Assembly: GCA_964505065.1 (NCBI GenBank) | Contig: CAZDGF010000021.1 | Coordinates: forward strand, 16,441-48,440 | DNA length: 32,000 nucleotides | Source: an uncultured Chitinophaga sp. | GTDB taxonomy: Bacteria > Bacteroidota > Bacteroidia > NS11-12g > UBA955 | Direction of reading: 5' to 3' | Shown here: one piece after another, positions 1-9,038 of the stretch | Layout: each line of letters begins with the position of its first letter | Position numbering within the stretch: the first letter of the stretch is position 1 | Notes under the pieces: generated by a model | Database searches by the model: none | The model's input: the letters and a program-made list of their open reading frames with translations, nothing else | Told to the model about the DNA's origin: nothing | Program-made: the position numbers and the translations under genes

Positions 1-2
1 CA

Positions 3-581
3 GATGTTGCTGATGCGAAAAATAGATTTATAAATGATATAAAATATCAATTTTCTTTAAAAAATAGAGTAAAAAGATTTTTTAAAAACAACCAAAAAAA
101 TGCAGAAGATAAAACGTTGAAATCCTTATCAAATAGTGGATATAATTTCTCTACACAAGAAATACTTAAAATAGAGTTTTTTCAAAAAACATTGCCCACG
201 TTATTGGTTACATTTGATATAGCTGCAATGTATAGCAGTGTGGAAATTAGAATGCCTTTTATGGACCATAGGGTTGTTGAATTTATTTTTTCTTTGCCCG
301 AAAATGCTAAAATTGGAGAAGGTAAAACAAAGCGCATATTAAGAGATGTTATTACAGATTTGATACCTAATGAAATAAAAGATAGAACCTATAAAATAGG
401 GATAAGCGCACCATTGAATAATTGGATGAATACAGAATTTAAACCTTACATTATTCAAAAATATAGCAAGTATAAAGCACTTGAGCCACATATTGAGCAT
501 TTACAAAACACCAAATTGGGAGAAAAAGAAGCTTTAGAAATTTGGGAAACCTTGAATATAGATTTATTGAAAGTTGAATAG
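3..581 (+). CDS. Asparagine synthase (AsnB)-type amidotransferase, C-terminal part; 5' end lies outside the window
   Basis: The frame is open from nt 3 to the window edge, so the track's TTG-117 start is an artefact. 'VEIRMPFMDHRVVEF..LP...K' aligns with the same C-terminal region of the two full-length paralogs ('ESRYPFLDHELVDF', 'ELREPFLDHKLFEY'). Confidence 0.8.
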   Translation, partial: DVADAKNRFINDIKYQFSLKNRVKRFFKNNQKNAEDKTLKSLSNSGYNFSTQEILKIEFFQKTLPTLLVTFDIAAMYSSVEIRMPFMDHRVVEFIFSLPENAKIGEGKTKRILRDVITDLIPNEIKDRTYKIGISAPLNNWMNTEFKPYIIQKYSKYKALEPHIEHLQNTKLGEKEALEIWETLNIDLLKVE

Positions 582-1758
582 CCAATTGAATATCCTTTAT
601 ATTTTAACTTCAGCTGGATTAGTTGAAGAATCAGTACAAAAAAAAGTGCGCACTCAAATTCAGTATCTTAATTCTCAAAATTCAACATGCAATGGTGCTT
701 TTTTTTCTTTTGAAATACAGGCAAATCATAAACTTTCGGATACGATTGATTTATTGCCAATTCAACCCATAAAAGGAAAATTATTTAGTAAAATTAAACA
801 ATACAATAATACACTTCTTGCTATAAAAGAGTATTTAAGAATAAATGCACATAAGTATCATATTATTTATTTTAGATACCCAGGCTCAAGCAAAATTTTA
901 CTAGATATTGTAAAAGAATATAAAAGTAAAATCGTATTTGAAATTCAAGGTATAAATGCTGATGAGATAAAAATTTACAAATTTGAAAATCCTTTTAAGT
1001 TTAATGTTTCTAATATTTTAAGCTATATTCAGTTTTATTACTATCCTTTATTGCAAGAAAAATTATATCTTAAAAAAATTTTAAGTTATACAACAAAAAA
1101 TATCTGCATAAGTCAAGAAATTTTAAATTATCATCAAGCATTAGCGGATAAAAAATATTTGGTAGTAGCCAATGGTATTAGTGCATCAAATTATAAAATA
1201 AAAAAGCAAACGTCAATAATAGATAATACGCTAAATTTTTTATTTTTAAAAGGTACAACTACATTAGCGCCATGGAACGGTATAGATAGAATTGTAAAAG
1301 CAATAAAAAATTATAAAGGCGAATACAATATTCAATTATTTATAGTTGGACATTATTTAGATGGTGAAATTCCTCAAGAAAATTTTATACACCATTTAGG
1401 CTATTTGAAAGCTGATGCTTTAGATGATATATTTAATCAATGCCATCTAGGTATTGGAACTTTAGCCTTGTTTAGAAAAAACTTACATGAAGCATCGCCT
1501 TTAAAAACGCGAGAATATTATGCCAGAGGATTGCCCTTTATTTATGCCTATACTGATACAGATATAGTTCAGTACTCTGCATTAAAACCTTATGCCCTTT
1601 CTTTGAAAAACGATGATACAGGCCTTTCAATGAATGAAATTATTCAATTTTGTATTGAGAACAATCATCAAACTATTGCAGATAATATGCACAGCTTAGC
1701 CAATCAATATTTATCTATTGAGCATAAGATGCAAAGAATAATTAAATTTCTAAATTGA
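574..1758 (+). CDS. Putative GT-B fold glycosyltransferase
   Basis: There is no in-frame ATG until near the C-terminus, so the start must be TTG at 574 or 586 (MNILYILTSAG..). 'HEASPLKTREYYARGLPFI' resembles the GT-B (GT4-like) donor-binding region. It overlaps the upstream stop. Confidence 0.5.
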   Translation: MNSQLNILYILTSAGLVEESVQKKVRTQIQYLNSQNSTCNGAFFSFEIQANHKLSDTIDLLPIQPIKGKLFSKIKQYNNTLLAIKEYLRINAHKYHIIYFRYPGSSKILLDIVKEYKSKIVFEIQGINADEIKIYKFENPFKFNVSNILSYIQFYYYPLLQEKLYLKKILSYTTKNICISQEILNYHQALADKKYLVVANGISASNYKIKKQTSIIDNTLNFLFLKGTTTLAPWNGIDRIVKAIKNYKGEYNIQLFIVGHYLDGEIPQENFIHHLGYLKADALDDIFNQCHLGIGTLALFRKNLHEASPLKTREYYARGLPFIYAYTDTDIVQYSALKPYALSLKNDDTGLSMNEIIQFCIENNHQTIADNMHSLANQYLSIEHKMQRIIKFLN

Positions 1759-3602
1759 AAAAAATTCTTGGTATATCAGCATTTTATCATGACTCGGCTG
1801 CGGCTATTGTAATCAATGGCAATATAGAAGCAGCTGCTCAAGAAGAAAGATTTACTAGAAAAAAACATACAGCAGAATTTCCACTACAAGCTATTCAATT
1901 TTGTTTAACTGAAACAGGTTTTTCTTTAAATGAATTAGATGCTATTGTATTTTATGAAAAACCATTGTTGAAATTTGAACGCTTGCTTGAAACCTATTAT
2001 CAGTATGCACCAAAAGGTTTTTTATCTTTTTTAAAAGCAATGCCAACTTGGCTCAATGAAAAATTATTTTTAAAAAGAGAAATCTGGAAATATTTAGATT
2101 CAATAGAAAAAATAGACAGAAAAAAAGTAAAACTATTGTTTTCAGAACACCATTTATCGCATGCTGCAAGTGCTTATTATTGCTCGCCTTTTGCTGATGC
2201 TGCTATATTAACTATTGATGGTGTAGGCGAGTGGGCTACAACTACTATTGGTGTGGCTAAAAATGAAAAATTAGAAATTTTAAAAGAATTACATTACCCT
2301 CATTCTATTGGTTTATTGTATTCTTCTTTTACTTATTTTTTAGGTTTTAAGGTAAATAGTGGTGAGTATAAATTAATGGGTTTAGCACCTTATGGCAATA
2401 TAAATTCTGATGAAGTACATGCCTATATTCAGACTATAAAAAAAGAAATAGTAACACTCTATTCAGATGGTTCTATAAATATAAATCAAAAATATTTTAA
2501 GTTTTCTACCCATTTAAAAATGATAGATGATAAAAAATGGGAATTGCTATTTAAGTTTAAACGTAGAGAAGAAGAGGAAACTATTACACAGCAACATTGC
2601 AACTTGGCTTTAGCCATTCAAACTATAACAGAAGAAATTATTTGTAATTTAGCCCAAGAAGCAAAACGAATAACCAATTGCGACAATCTTTGTATGGCTG
2701 GTGGTGTTGCATTAAATTGTACAGCAAATAGTAAAATATTGAATCAAAATTTTTTTAAATCAATATATATTCAACCCGCAAGTGGCGATGCTGGTGGAGC
2801 AATAGGTGCTGCAATAGCCGTAAATTATCTCTATTATAAGAACAATAAAAACAATACTTCAGATGTTATGAAAGGCTCTTATTTAGGACCTTCATATAGT
2901 GAAAAAGAAGTCATTTTAATGGCGAAAAAATACAAAGCTGTATATCAAATATTTGATAATTTTGAAAAAGTTTGCAGTTTTACAGCTACGCATTTGGCTA
3001 ATGGCAAAGTAGTGGCGTGGTTTCAAGATAAAGCAGAGTTTGGTCCAAGAGCATTAGGTAATCGCTCTATATTAGCAGATGCAAGAATGCCTGGTATGCA
3101 AAAAAAATTAAATTTAAGTGTAAAAAAACGTGAAGGCTTTAGACCCTTTGCGCCTGCTGTATTGAGTGAAGATGCAAATCTATATTTTGAAATACAAACT
3201 GAATCTCCTTATATGTTATTTACTTCAACCATTAAGGATAATCTACAAATAAATTATGATACACTAAATATGAATATGTGGGATAAATTGTATAATATTA
3301 AAAGTACTTTACCTGCAATTACTCATGTTAATTATTCAGCCAGAGTTCAAACTGTAGATAAGGAAACAAATCTTAAATTTTGGCAATTGTTGAATGAATT
3401 TAAAACCCAAACAGCTTGTAGTGTTTTGGTAAATACAAGTTTTAATTTAAGAGGAGAGCCACCCGTTTGTTCGCCATTTGATGCCTATAATTGTTTTATG
3501 CAAACAGATATAGACTATTTAATAATTGGCAATATAATATTTGATAAAAATGAGCAGCTACAGAGTTTTAAGCCAATTGTAAATGCAGATATTAAAGATT
3601 AG
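1755..3602 (+). CDS. Carbamoyltransferase, NodU/CmcH family
   Basis: The N-terminus 'KKILGISAFYHDSAAAIV..AAAQEERFTRKKH' and the C-terminal half 'FGPRALGNRSILADAR...NTSFNLRGEPPVCSP' are hallmark NodU/CmcH sequences. The TTG start is obligatory (next Met at about codon 95) and forms a TTGA overlap with the upstream stop. Confidence 0.9.
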   Translation: MKKILGISAFYHDSAAAIVINGNIEAAAQEERFTRKKHTAEFPLQAIQFCLTETGFSLNELDAIVFYEKPLLKFERLLETYYQYAPKGFLSFLKAMPTWLNEKLFLKREIWKYLDSIEKIDRKKVKLLFSEHHLSHAASAYYCSPFADAAILTIDGVGEWATTTIGVAKNEKLEILKELHYPHSIGLLYSSFTYFLGFKVNSGEYKLMGLAPYGNINSDEVHAYIQTIKKEIVTLYSDGSININQKYFKFSTHLKMIDDKKWELLFKFKRREEEETITQQHCNLALAIQTITEEIICNLAQEAKRITNCDNLCMAGGVALNCTANSKILNQNFFKSIYIQPASGDAGGAIGAAIAVNYLYYKNNKNNTSDVMKGSYLGPSYSEKEVILMAKKYKAVYQIFDNFEKVCSFTATHLANGKVVAWFQDKAEFGPRALGNRSILADARMPGMQKKLNLSVKKREGFRPFAPAVLSEDANLYFEIQTESPYMLFTSTIKDNLQINYDTLNMNMWDKLYNIKSTLPAITHVNYSARVQTVDKETNLKFWQLLNEFKTQTACSVLVNTSFNLRGEPPVCSPFDAYNCFMQTDIDYLIIGNIIFDKNEQLQSFKPIVNADIKD

Positions 3603-3608
3603 AAATAG

Positions 3609-3761
3609 ATGTTTTCTGATATAAAAGATATTTTTAAATTCGTAAAATCGCGAAAAAAATGGTGGCTCTTACCTGTAATTATCACCTTGCTTATTATAGG
3701 AGCAATAGTACTTATAGGCTCTACTAGCGCCTTAGCACCGTATATTTATACCTTATTTTAG
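3609..3761 (+). CDS. Small single-TM protein, DUF5989 / SxtK-like (not in the supplied ORF track)
   Basis: A 50-codon ATG ORF, 'MFSDIKDIFKFVKSRKKWWLLPVIITLLIIGAIVLIGSTSALAPYIYTLF'. The KxRKKWWLLP..TM..APxIYTLF pattern and its position directly after a carbamoyltransferase match the conserved SxtK-like partner as I recall that family. Confidence 0.65.
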   Translation: MFSDIKDIFKFVKSRKKWWLLPVIITLLIIGAIVLIGSTSALAPYIYTLF

Positions 3762-3762
3762 T

Positions 3763-4122
3763 TTGAAGTTTAATAAATCAAATACCTATCAATCTTTATT
3801 AGCCATAGCTTTAGGTTTATTGTTATTTTATTATCTATATAAAATTGATGTTTTATTGATATTAGCTATTTTTATAGTATTTTTGAGTTTAGTACATTTA
3901 AAAATAGCGCAATTATTTTCAACTATATGGCAAGGTTTAGCCTTTATATTAGGCTTAATAATGCCAAAAATACTATTGGCTGCAGTTTATTTTTTAGTGC
4001 TTACCCCAATGGCATTTTTTAGAAAATTATTTAAAAGTAAAAAGTTAAACAATACTATAAATTCAAATTTTATAGAAAGAAATAAAACCTTTACACCCAT
4101 AGATTTTGAACAAACATGGTAA
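3763..4122 (+). CDS. SxtJ-family small membrane protein
   Basis: A 119-aa protein with about three hydrophobic segments and a C-terminal 'NKTFTPIDFEQTW' tail typical of SxtJ-like proteins encoded next to carbamoyltransferases. The TTG start is obligatory (first Met at codon 67). Confidence 0.6.
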   Translation: MKFNKSNTYQSLLAIALGLLLFYYLYKIDVLLILAIFIVFLSLVHLKIAQLFSTIWQGLAFILGLIMPKILLAAVYFLVLTPMAFFRKLFKSKKLNNTINSNFIERNKTFTPIDFEQTW

Positions 4123-5009
4123 ATAAATGGCAAATTAAAATTGGTATGTTGCTGGCTTACGATTATGAAATGATGTATATTTCATTGCCTTTGGTTTATG
4201 ACTATGCTGATAAAATTGTTTTAAGTGTAGATAAAAATAGAAAAACTTACAAAGGAAATAGTTTTGAAATTCCACAATCTTTTTTTGATTGGATTACAAA
4301 GATTGATACCAAAAAAATTGTTACCATTTATGAAGATGATTTTGCAATAACAACTCTATCGCCAATGGAATGCGAGGTAAGACAGCGTAATTTAACGGCA
4401 GAACAATTGGGCAAGGGTGGTTGGCATATTCAATTAGATGTAGATGAGTATTTTGTTGATTTTAGTAAATTTGTACAACAACTACATCGGTTTGAAAAAA
4501 AGCTAAAACAAAACGATAAAGTTACAGTTTTTGCCAATTGGATAACGCTTTTCAAACAATTGCCTAATGGCTATTTATATACCGAATTTAACCATAGATA
4601 CGAGCTTTGCCATATAGCCACTAATTTTCCGCAATATGATTATGGTAGAGCAAACGCAGGAAATAAAGCCTTGCTTGCTGATAATTTTATATTACACGAT
4701 TCGTGGGCAAGAAACGAAGAACAATTGTATTTAAAATTAAAAAACTGGAGCCATAGCAACGATTTTGATAGTGATAACTTTTTTAGCCTTTGGCAAAATA
4801 TTACCATGCAAAATTATACTACATTTAAAAATTTTCATCCTATTAATCCGCCTTTATGGAAAGGGTTGGGCTTATTAAAAGGTGCTACTATTCAAGAAAT
4901 TTTGAATGATGCAAACGCCTCACTTGAAAGCAAAATAAAGCCTTGGAAAACCCGTTTAAGAAATATAAAAGGTGGTGGCAAATTATTATCTTTGCTTAAA
5001 CACAACTAA
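4116..5009 (+). CDS. Hypothetical protein, possibly a GT-A fold (GT2-like) glycosyltransferase
   Basis: 'VRQRNLTAEQLGKGGWHIQLDVDEYF' resembles the RN...W.l.lDxDE motif of GT2/KdtX-like enzymes. It has an ATGGTAA overlap with sxtJ-like. The family assignment is weak. Confidence 0.35.
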   Translation: MVNKWQIKIGMLLAYDYEMMYISLPLVYDYADKIVLSVDKNRKTYKGNSFEIPQSFFDWITKIDTKKIVTIYEDDFAITTLSPMECEVRQRNLTAEQLGKGGWHIQLDVDEYFVDFSKFVQQLHRFEKKLKQNDKVTVFANWITLFKQLPNGYLYTEFNHRYELCHIATNFPQYDYGRANAGNKALLADNFILHDSWARNEEQLYLKLKNWSHSNDFDSDNFFSLWQNITMQNYTTFKNFHPINPPLWKGLGLLKGATIQEILNDANASLESKIKPWKTRLRNIKGGGKLLSLLKHN

Positions 5010-5017
5010 ATAAAAAC

Positions 5018-5773
5018 ATGCTTTTTAACTTACGATTATTAATTTCTTTTATTCGAAAATTTGGTGTTTATAAAGGCTTGGTTTTATTCTTAAAAATTAA
5101 AACCAATGCAACCCAAAATTTAAGTATTTCTGAATTGAAATTTCCTTTCACATTGCGCCCAAATACTTCTGATATCTATGTTTTTTATCAAGTTTTTTCA
5201 GAAAGGGAGTACGATAATTGTATTAATTTTGAACCAAAAGTAATTATTGATGCTGGCGCAAATATTGGGCTAACCTCTTTGTTTTACGCTAATAAATATC
5301 CGCAAGCTTTAATTATTGCTATTGAACCCGATGCTGAAAATTATGAAACTTTAGTGCATAATTGTAAACCATACAATAATATAAAAACATTACAAAAAGG
5401 ACTTTGGCATAAAGATGCAAAACTTAAAATATCTGATAAGTTTAAAGGTGGCAAATGGGCAATGGTTGTAGAGGAGGTAATAGATAATAATGATTTTACG
5501 ATTGATGCTATTTCTTTAAATTCTATATTAAAAGAATTTAATATCAATAAAATAGATATACTTAAAATGGATATTGAAAGTGCTGAAAAAGAAGTACTTT
5601 CGGAAAATTATGAACTATGGTTGCCAAAAGTAAAAATGCTAATTGTAGAATTGCACGATAGAATGAAGCCAGGTTGTAGTAATTCCTTTATCAATGCCAT
5701 TCATCAGTGTATGCCTAATCTATGGCTAAAAGCGAGAGGGGAAACAATGATAGCCACAAACGAAAATATTTAA
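5018..5773 (+). CDS. FkbM-family SAM-dependent methyltransferase
   Basis: 'VIIDAGANIGLTSLFYANKYPQALIIAIEPDAENYETL' and 'IDILKMDIESAEKEVL' are characteristic FkbM motifs. Confidence 0.85.
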   Translation: MLFNLRLLISFIRKFGVYKGLVLFLKIKTNATQNLSISELKFPFTLRPNTSDIYVFYQVFSEREYDNCINFEPKVIIDAGANIGLTSLFYANKYPQALIIAIEPDAENYETLVHNCKPYNNIKTLQKGLWHKDAKLKISDKFKGGKWAMVVEEVIDNNDFTIDAISLNSILKEFNINKIDILKMDIESAEKEVLSENYELWLPKVKMLIVELHDRMKPGCSNSFINAIHQCMPNLWLKARGETMIATNENI

Positions 5774-5774
5774 A

Positions 5775-6698
5775 ATGAAAATATCTGTTGTAACCCCAGT
5801 TTATAGAACAAAAAGCACTATTTCTGAGCTTATAGAAAGAGTATCTAATGCTTTGCAAAGCAATGGTTTTATGGATTATGAAATTATTTTTGTAAATGAT
5901 GCTTGTCCTGAAAACTCATGGGAGGAAATATACAAACATTGCAAACAAAATGAAAAAGTAAAAGGCATTAAATTAAGTAGAAATTTTGGTCAGCAAATGG
6001 CTATAAGTGTTGGTATGCGAAATGCTGAGGGCGATGTTGTAGTAATTATGGATTGCGATTTGCAAAATCCGCCAGAAGTGCTTCCACAAATGATAGCTAA
6101 AATTAATGAGGGTTATGATATTGTAAATACTGTTTCAAAAACACGCAATAATTTTAGCAATGAACTTACATCAAAAATATTTTGGTGGATAATGAATGAT
6201 GTTTTTAAAGCAGGTATGATACCACATCAATTAATGTTGAAAGCATTTAGCAAAAAATTTAATGCCATATACTCTGAATACAATGAAAAAGTAAGAGTAG
6301 TAGCAGGTATAACGCAAGATATAGGCTTAAATCAATACACAATGGAAGTGGAAAATAGCAGACGTGCATCTGGAAAAGGCAGTTATAGCTTTTTTAAACG
6401 CTTTCATTTAATGCTAGATATTATTTTAGCTATTACCACCAAACCACTCAATTATTTAATCAATATTAGTATCCTATCTTTATTTATAACTTTTATTGTT
6501 TCAATATACAATATTGTTATTTATTTTATGTATCCCACTGTTCCCAAAGGCTATACTACTATGGTTTTACTCATATTATTTTTTGGTAGTTTAACTACTT
6601 TAATATTGGGTGTAATAGGTAGATATTTAGCCAATATTTATACAGAAGTGCGCCAAAGACCAACCTTTATTATTGATGAAAAATTAAATATTAATTGA
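5775..6698 (+). CDS. GT2 polyprenyl-phosphate glycosyltransferase (GtrB/ArnC/DPM1-like)
   Basis: 'ISVVTPVYR', 'IIFVNDACPENS', 'KLSRNFGQQMAI' and 'VVIMDCDLQNPPE', plus two C-terminal TM helices (..LSLFITFIVSIYNIVIYF.. and ..MVLLILFFGSLTTLILGVIG..). Confidence 0.85.
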   Translation: MKISVVTPVYRTKSTISELIERVSNALQSNGFMDYEIIFVNDACPENSWEEIYKHCKQNEKVKGIKLSRNFGQQMAISVGMRNAEGDVVVIMDCDLQNPPEVLPQMIAKINEGYDIVNTVSKTRNNFSNELTSKIFWWIMNDVFKAGMIPHQLMLKAFSKKFNAIYSEYNEKVRVVAGITQDIGLNQYTMEVENSRRASGKGSYSFFKRFHLMLDIILAITTKPLNYLINISILSLFITFIVSIYNIVIYFMYPTVPKGYTTMVLLILFFGSLTTLILGVIGRYLANIYTEVRQRPTFIIDEKLNIN

Positions 6699-6705
6699 TA
6701 TACAC

Positions 6706-7392
6706 ATGAGTGAAATTATAAAAAAACAAATAGAAAGTTACCAAGAAAACTTTGTGAAAAATCAAGATTCTCCATTGGGTACTTTTCAAAATAATACTAC
6801 CACACAGTATGAGCGATTTAATGAGGTAATTCAGCCTTTGTTAAAATATAAATCTACAGATTTTAGCATTTGCGATATAGGTTCTGGCGTATGCGATTTT
6901 CATCAGTATTTAGAAGATATGCAAATAAAACACCAATATACAGGCGTAGAAATTGTGCCTGAAATGGTGGTGCAGAGTAAAGTAAAATACCCTGAAATAG
7001 AGGTATTAGAAACAGATTTTTTAGCAGATTCATTTACAAGAAAATTTGATTTTGTAACCTTAAGCGGCACTTTTAATATTCCGGGAAGTATTGCGCCAGA
7101 AGCTTGGAAAGCATTTATTTTACAATGCATTACTAAAATGTATCAATCGTGTAATATTGGTATTTCATTCAATGCGCTTACAAATTATAGTACTTTTAAT
7201 GATCCAACATTGTATTACCTTTCGGCAGCTGATATTTTTCATCATATACAATCTACATTGAGTAGATTTTGTATAATAAATACAGCGTATCCTTTGTACG
7301 AAGTATCTTATACGGTTCTTAAACCAGAAACCGTTCAAGCACAATTCGGTCATTCCGATTTTGAAAGATATTTTAAAAATAGAGTATCTTAA
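6706..7392 (+). CDS. Class I SAM-dependent methyltransferase
   Basis: Motif I 'ICDIGSGVCDF', a downstream acidic 'TGVEIVPEM', and 'FDFVTLSGTF' as post-motif II. Confidence 0.6.
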   Translation: MSEIIKKQIESYQENFVKNQDSPLGTFQNNTTTQYERFNEVIQPLLKYKSTDFSICDIGSGVCDFHQYLEDMQIKHQYTGVEIVPEMVVQSKVKYPEIEVLETDFLADSFTRKFDFVTLSGTFNIPGSIAPEAWKAFILQCITKMYQSCNIGISFNALTNYSTFNDPTLYYLSAADIFHHIQSTLSRFCIINTAYPLYEVSYTVLKPETVQAQFGHSDFERYFKNRVS

Positions 7393-7398
7393 ATAATA

Positions 7399-8340
7399 AT
7401 GTATGAAATAAAAGCTAATAGAGCTTTGGGTATAATATACCTATATTTAAACCAAAAACCAGAAATTAAAACTTGGTTTCTACCAGCTACTATTTGCTTT
7501 TCTGTTCCCATACTTTTTAAGGCTTTAAATAAAAAAGTAGTGTTTTACGATTTTTCATTTTCATTAACAAAGCAATTACAAAATAAAGCGAAAGAAAGCG
7601 GTATTTTAGTAACCGATTATTTTGGAAAATCTTTTGAAAGCAATGAAATAAATGAGTTGAAAAATTATTATGACACAGTAATTTATGATAGATGTTTAAC
7701 TATGCCAGTATTTGTTCCAAATAAAAATGTGAATTTAATCTTGTATAGTTTTGGTTATGAAAAGCCTATAGATATTGGCGGTGGTGCTTTTGCTTATTCA
7801 GATATTCAAATAGAATTCAACCCTGAAAAAGATAACAATACAGTTGAAAACTATAATTATTTAGAATTAAATTGGAAAAAAGCAGTTGGTAATAAAGCGT
7901 TATTTAACACTGAAATATTGCATCCAAATAAATGGATAGATACCTCAAATTCAATGCAAATTGATATAGTAAATATTGAGTTAAAAAGTATCGAAATACA
8001 TAAAGAAAAGGCATTGAAAAATGAAATATACTCAAGCTATATTCCTTCTGAATTTTTGCTGCATAATGAAGCTAATAATTGGCGATACAATATATTGGTA
8101 AAAGATAAGAAAGAAGCTATAGATTCTATTTTTAATCAACAATTATTTTGTTCATCGCACTATGCAAATGCTGCTAATTATTTACAATCTGAAAAACATC
8201 CAAATTCTGAAATAATAGAGCATTATATTGTTAATTTATTTAATAACCATAAATATACGTTACAACAAGTAGAAAAAACAGCTATTTTGATTAAAAAATT
8301 AATTGATAATCAAAAAATAAAAATTGTAAATTTAATATGA
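7399..8340 (+). CDS. Divergent, N-terminally shortened DegT/DnrJ/EryC1/StrS-like (PLP fold) protein, putative
   Basis: 'WFLPATICFSVPILFKALNKKVVFYDF' (compare v.PaftF.at.nav...Ga.pvFvD), 'VIYDRC' (compare viEDaA) and 'SFGYEKPIDIGGGAF' (compare SFh.tKn.t.GEGG). The spacings LPA-to-D of 67 aa and D-to-K of 25 aa are close to those in the WecE encoded downstream. Confidence 0.4.
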   Translation: MYEIKANRALGIIYLYLNQKPEIKTWFLPATICFSVPILFKALNKKVVFYDFSFSLTKQLQNKAKESGILVTDYFGKSFESNEINELKNYYDTVIYDRCLTMPVFVPNKNVNLILYSFGYEKPIDIGGGAFAYSDIQIEFNPEKDNNTVENYNYLELNWKKAVGNKALFNTEILHPNKWIDTSNSMQIDIVNIELKSIEIHKEKALKNEIYSSYIPSEFLLHNEANNWRYNILVKDKKEAIDSIFNQQLFCSSHYANAANYLQSEKHPNSEIIEHYIVNLFNNHKYTLQQVEKTAILIKKLIDNQKIKIVNLI

Positions 8341-9038
8341 GCAAAGTGGTAATTTTACAATCGAACTATATGCCTTGGAAAGGCTATTTTGATTTGATTA
8401 ACGATGCAGATATTTTTGTGTTTTACGATGTGGTAAAATACACTAAAAACGATTGGCGAAATAGAAATATTATTTATACAAAAAATGGCAAGCAATGGTT
8501 AACAGTTCCTGTAGATTCAAAGGCAGTAAATTTGCCAATAATTGAGGTAAATCTTAACAAAACTGAATGGCAAAAATTGCATTTTAAAACTTTAGAATTA
8601 GGGTATAAAAAAGCCCCTTATTACTTTCAATTAGAAGAATTAATGCATCTTTTTTATCAAGAAAATACATGGCAAAAATTATCTGAATTAAATCAATTTT
8701 GTATTCAAACAATTTGTCAAAAATTAGCCATTAAAACACAATTTGTAAAGGCAGAAAATTTGGAAATTAAAGGAGAAAGAATAGAAAAATTAATTCATAT
8801 TCTAAAACAAGTAAATGCAACAGAATATATTTCAGGTCCTGCTGCTAAAGATTATTTAGCTGGTAATGAATCCATTTTTAACAATAATAATATTGTATTG
8901 AGTTATAAAAAATACACTGGTTATTCTGAATATAAACAACTAAATAGCCCGTTTGAACATGCAGTATCTATTATAGATTTAATAGCCAATGTTAGCTGGC
9001 AAGAAATGCCAAATTATATATGGAAAAAAGAGATTTGA
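8337..9038 (+). CDS. WbqC-family protein (function uncharacterised)
   Basis: 'VVILQSNYMPWKGYFDLINDADIFVFYDVVKYTKNDWRNRN' is the WbqC-like N-terminal signature. It has an ATGA overlap with the upstream gene. Confidence 0.8.
   Translation: MSKVVILQSNYMPWKGYFDLINDADIFVFYDVVKYTKNDWRNRNIIYTKNGKQWLTVPVDSKAVNLPIIEVNLNKTEWQKLHFKTLELGYKKAPYYFQLEELMHLFYQENTWQKLSELNQFCIQTICQKLAIKTQFVKAENLEIKGERIEKLIHILKQVNATEYISGPAAKDYLAGNESIFNNNNIVLSYKKYTGYSEYKQLNSPFEHAVSIIDLIANVSWQEMPNYIWKKEI

Noticed and set aside
117-581. Track start (TTG 117) for the first ORF
   Set aside because: The same frame is open back to nt 3 with no stop, and the protein is the C-terminus of an AsnB-type enzyme of about 600 aa. The gene is truncated by the window edge and does not start at 117.
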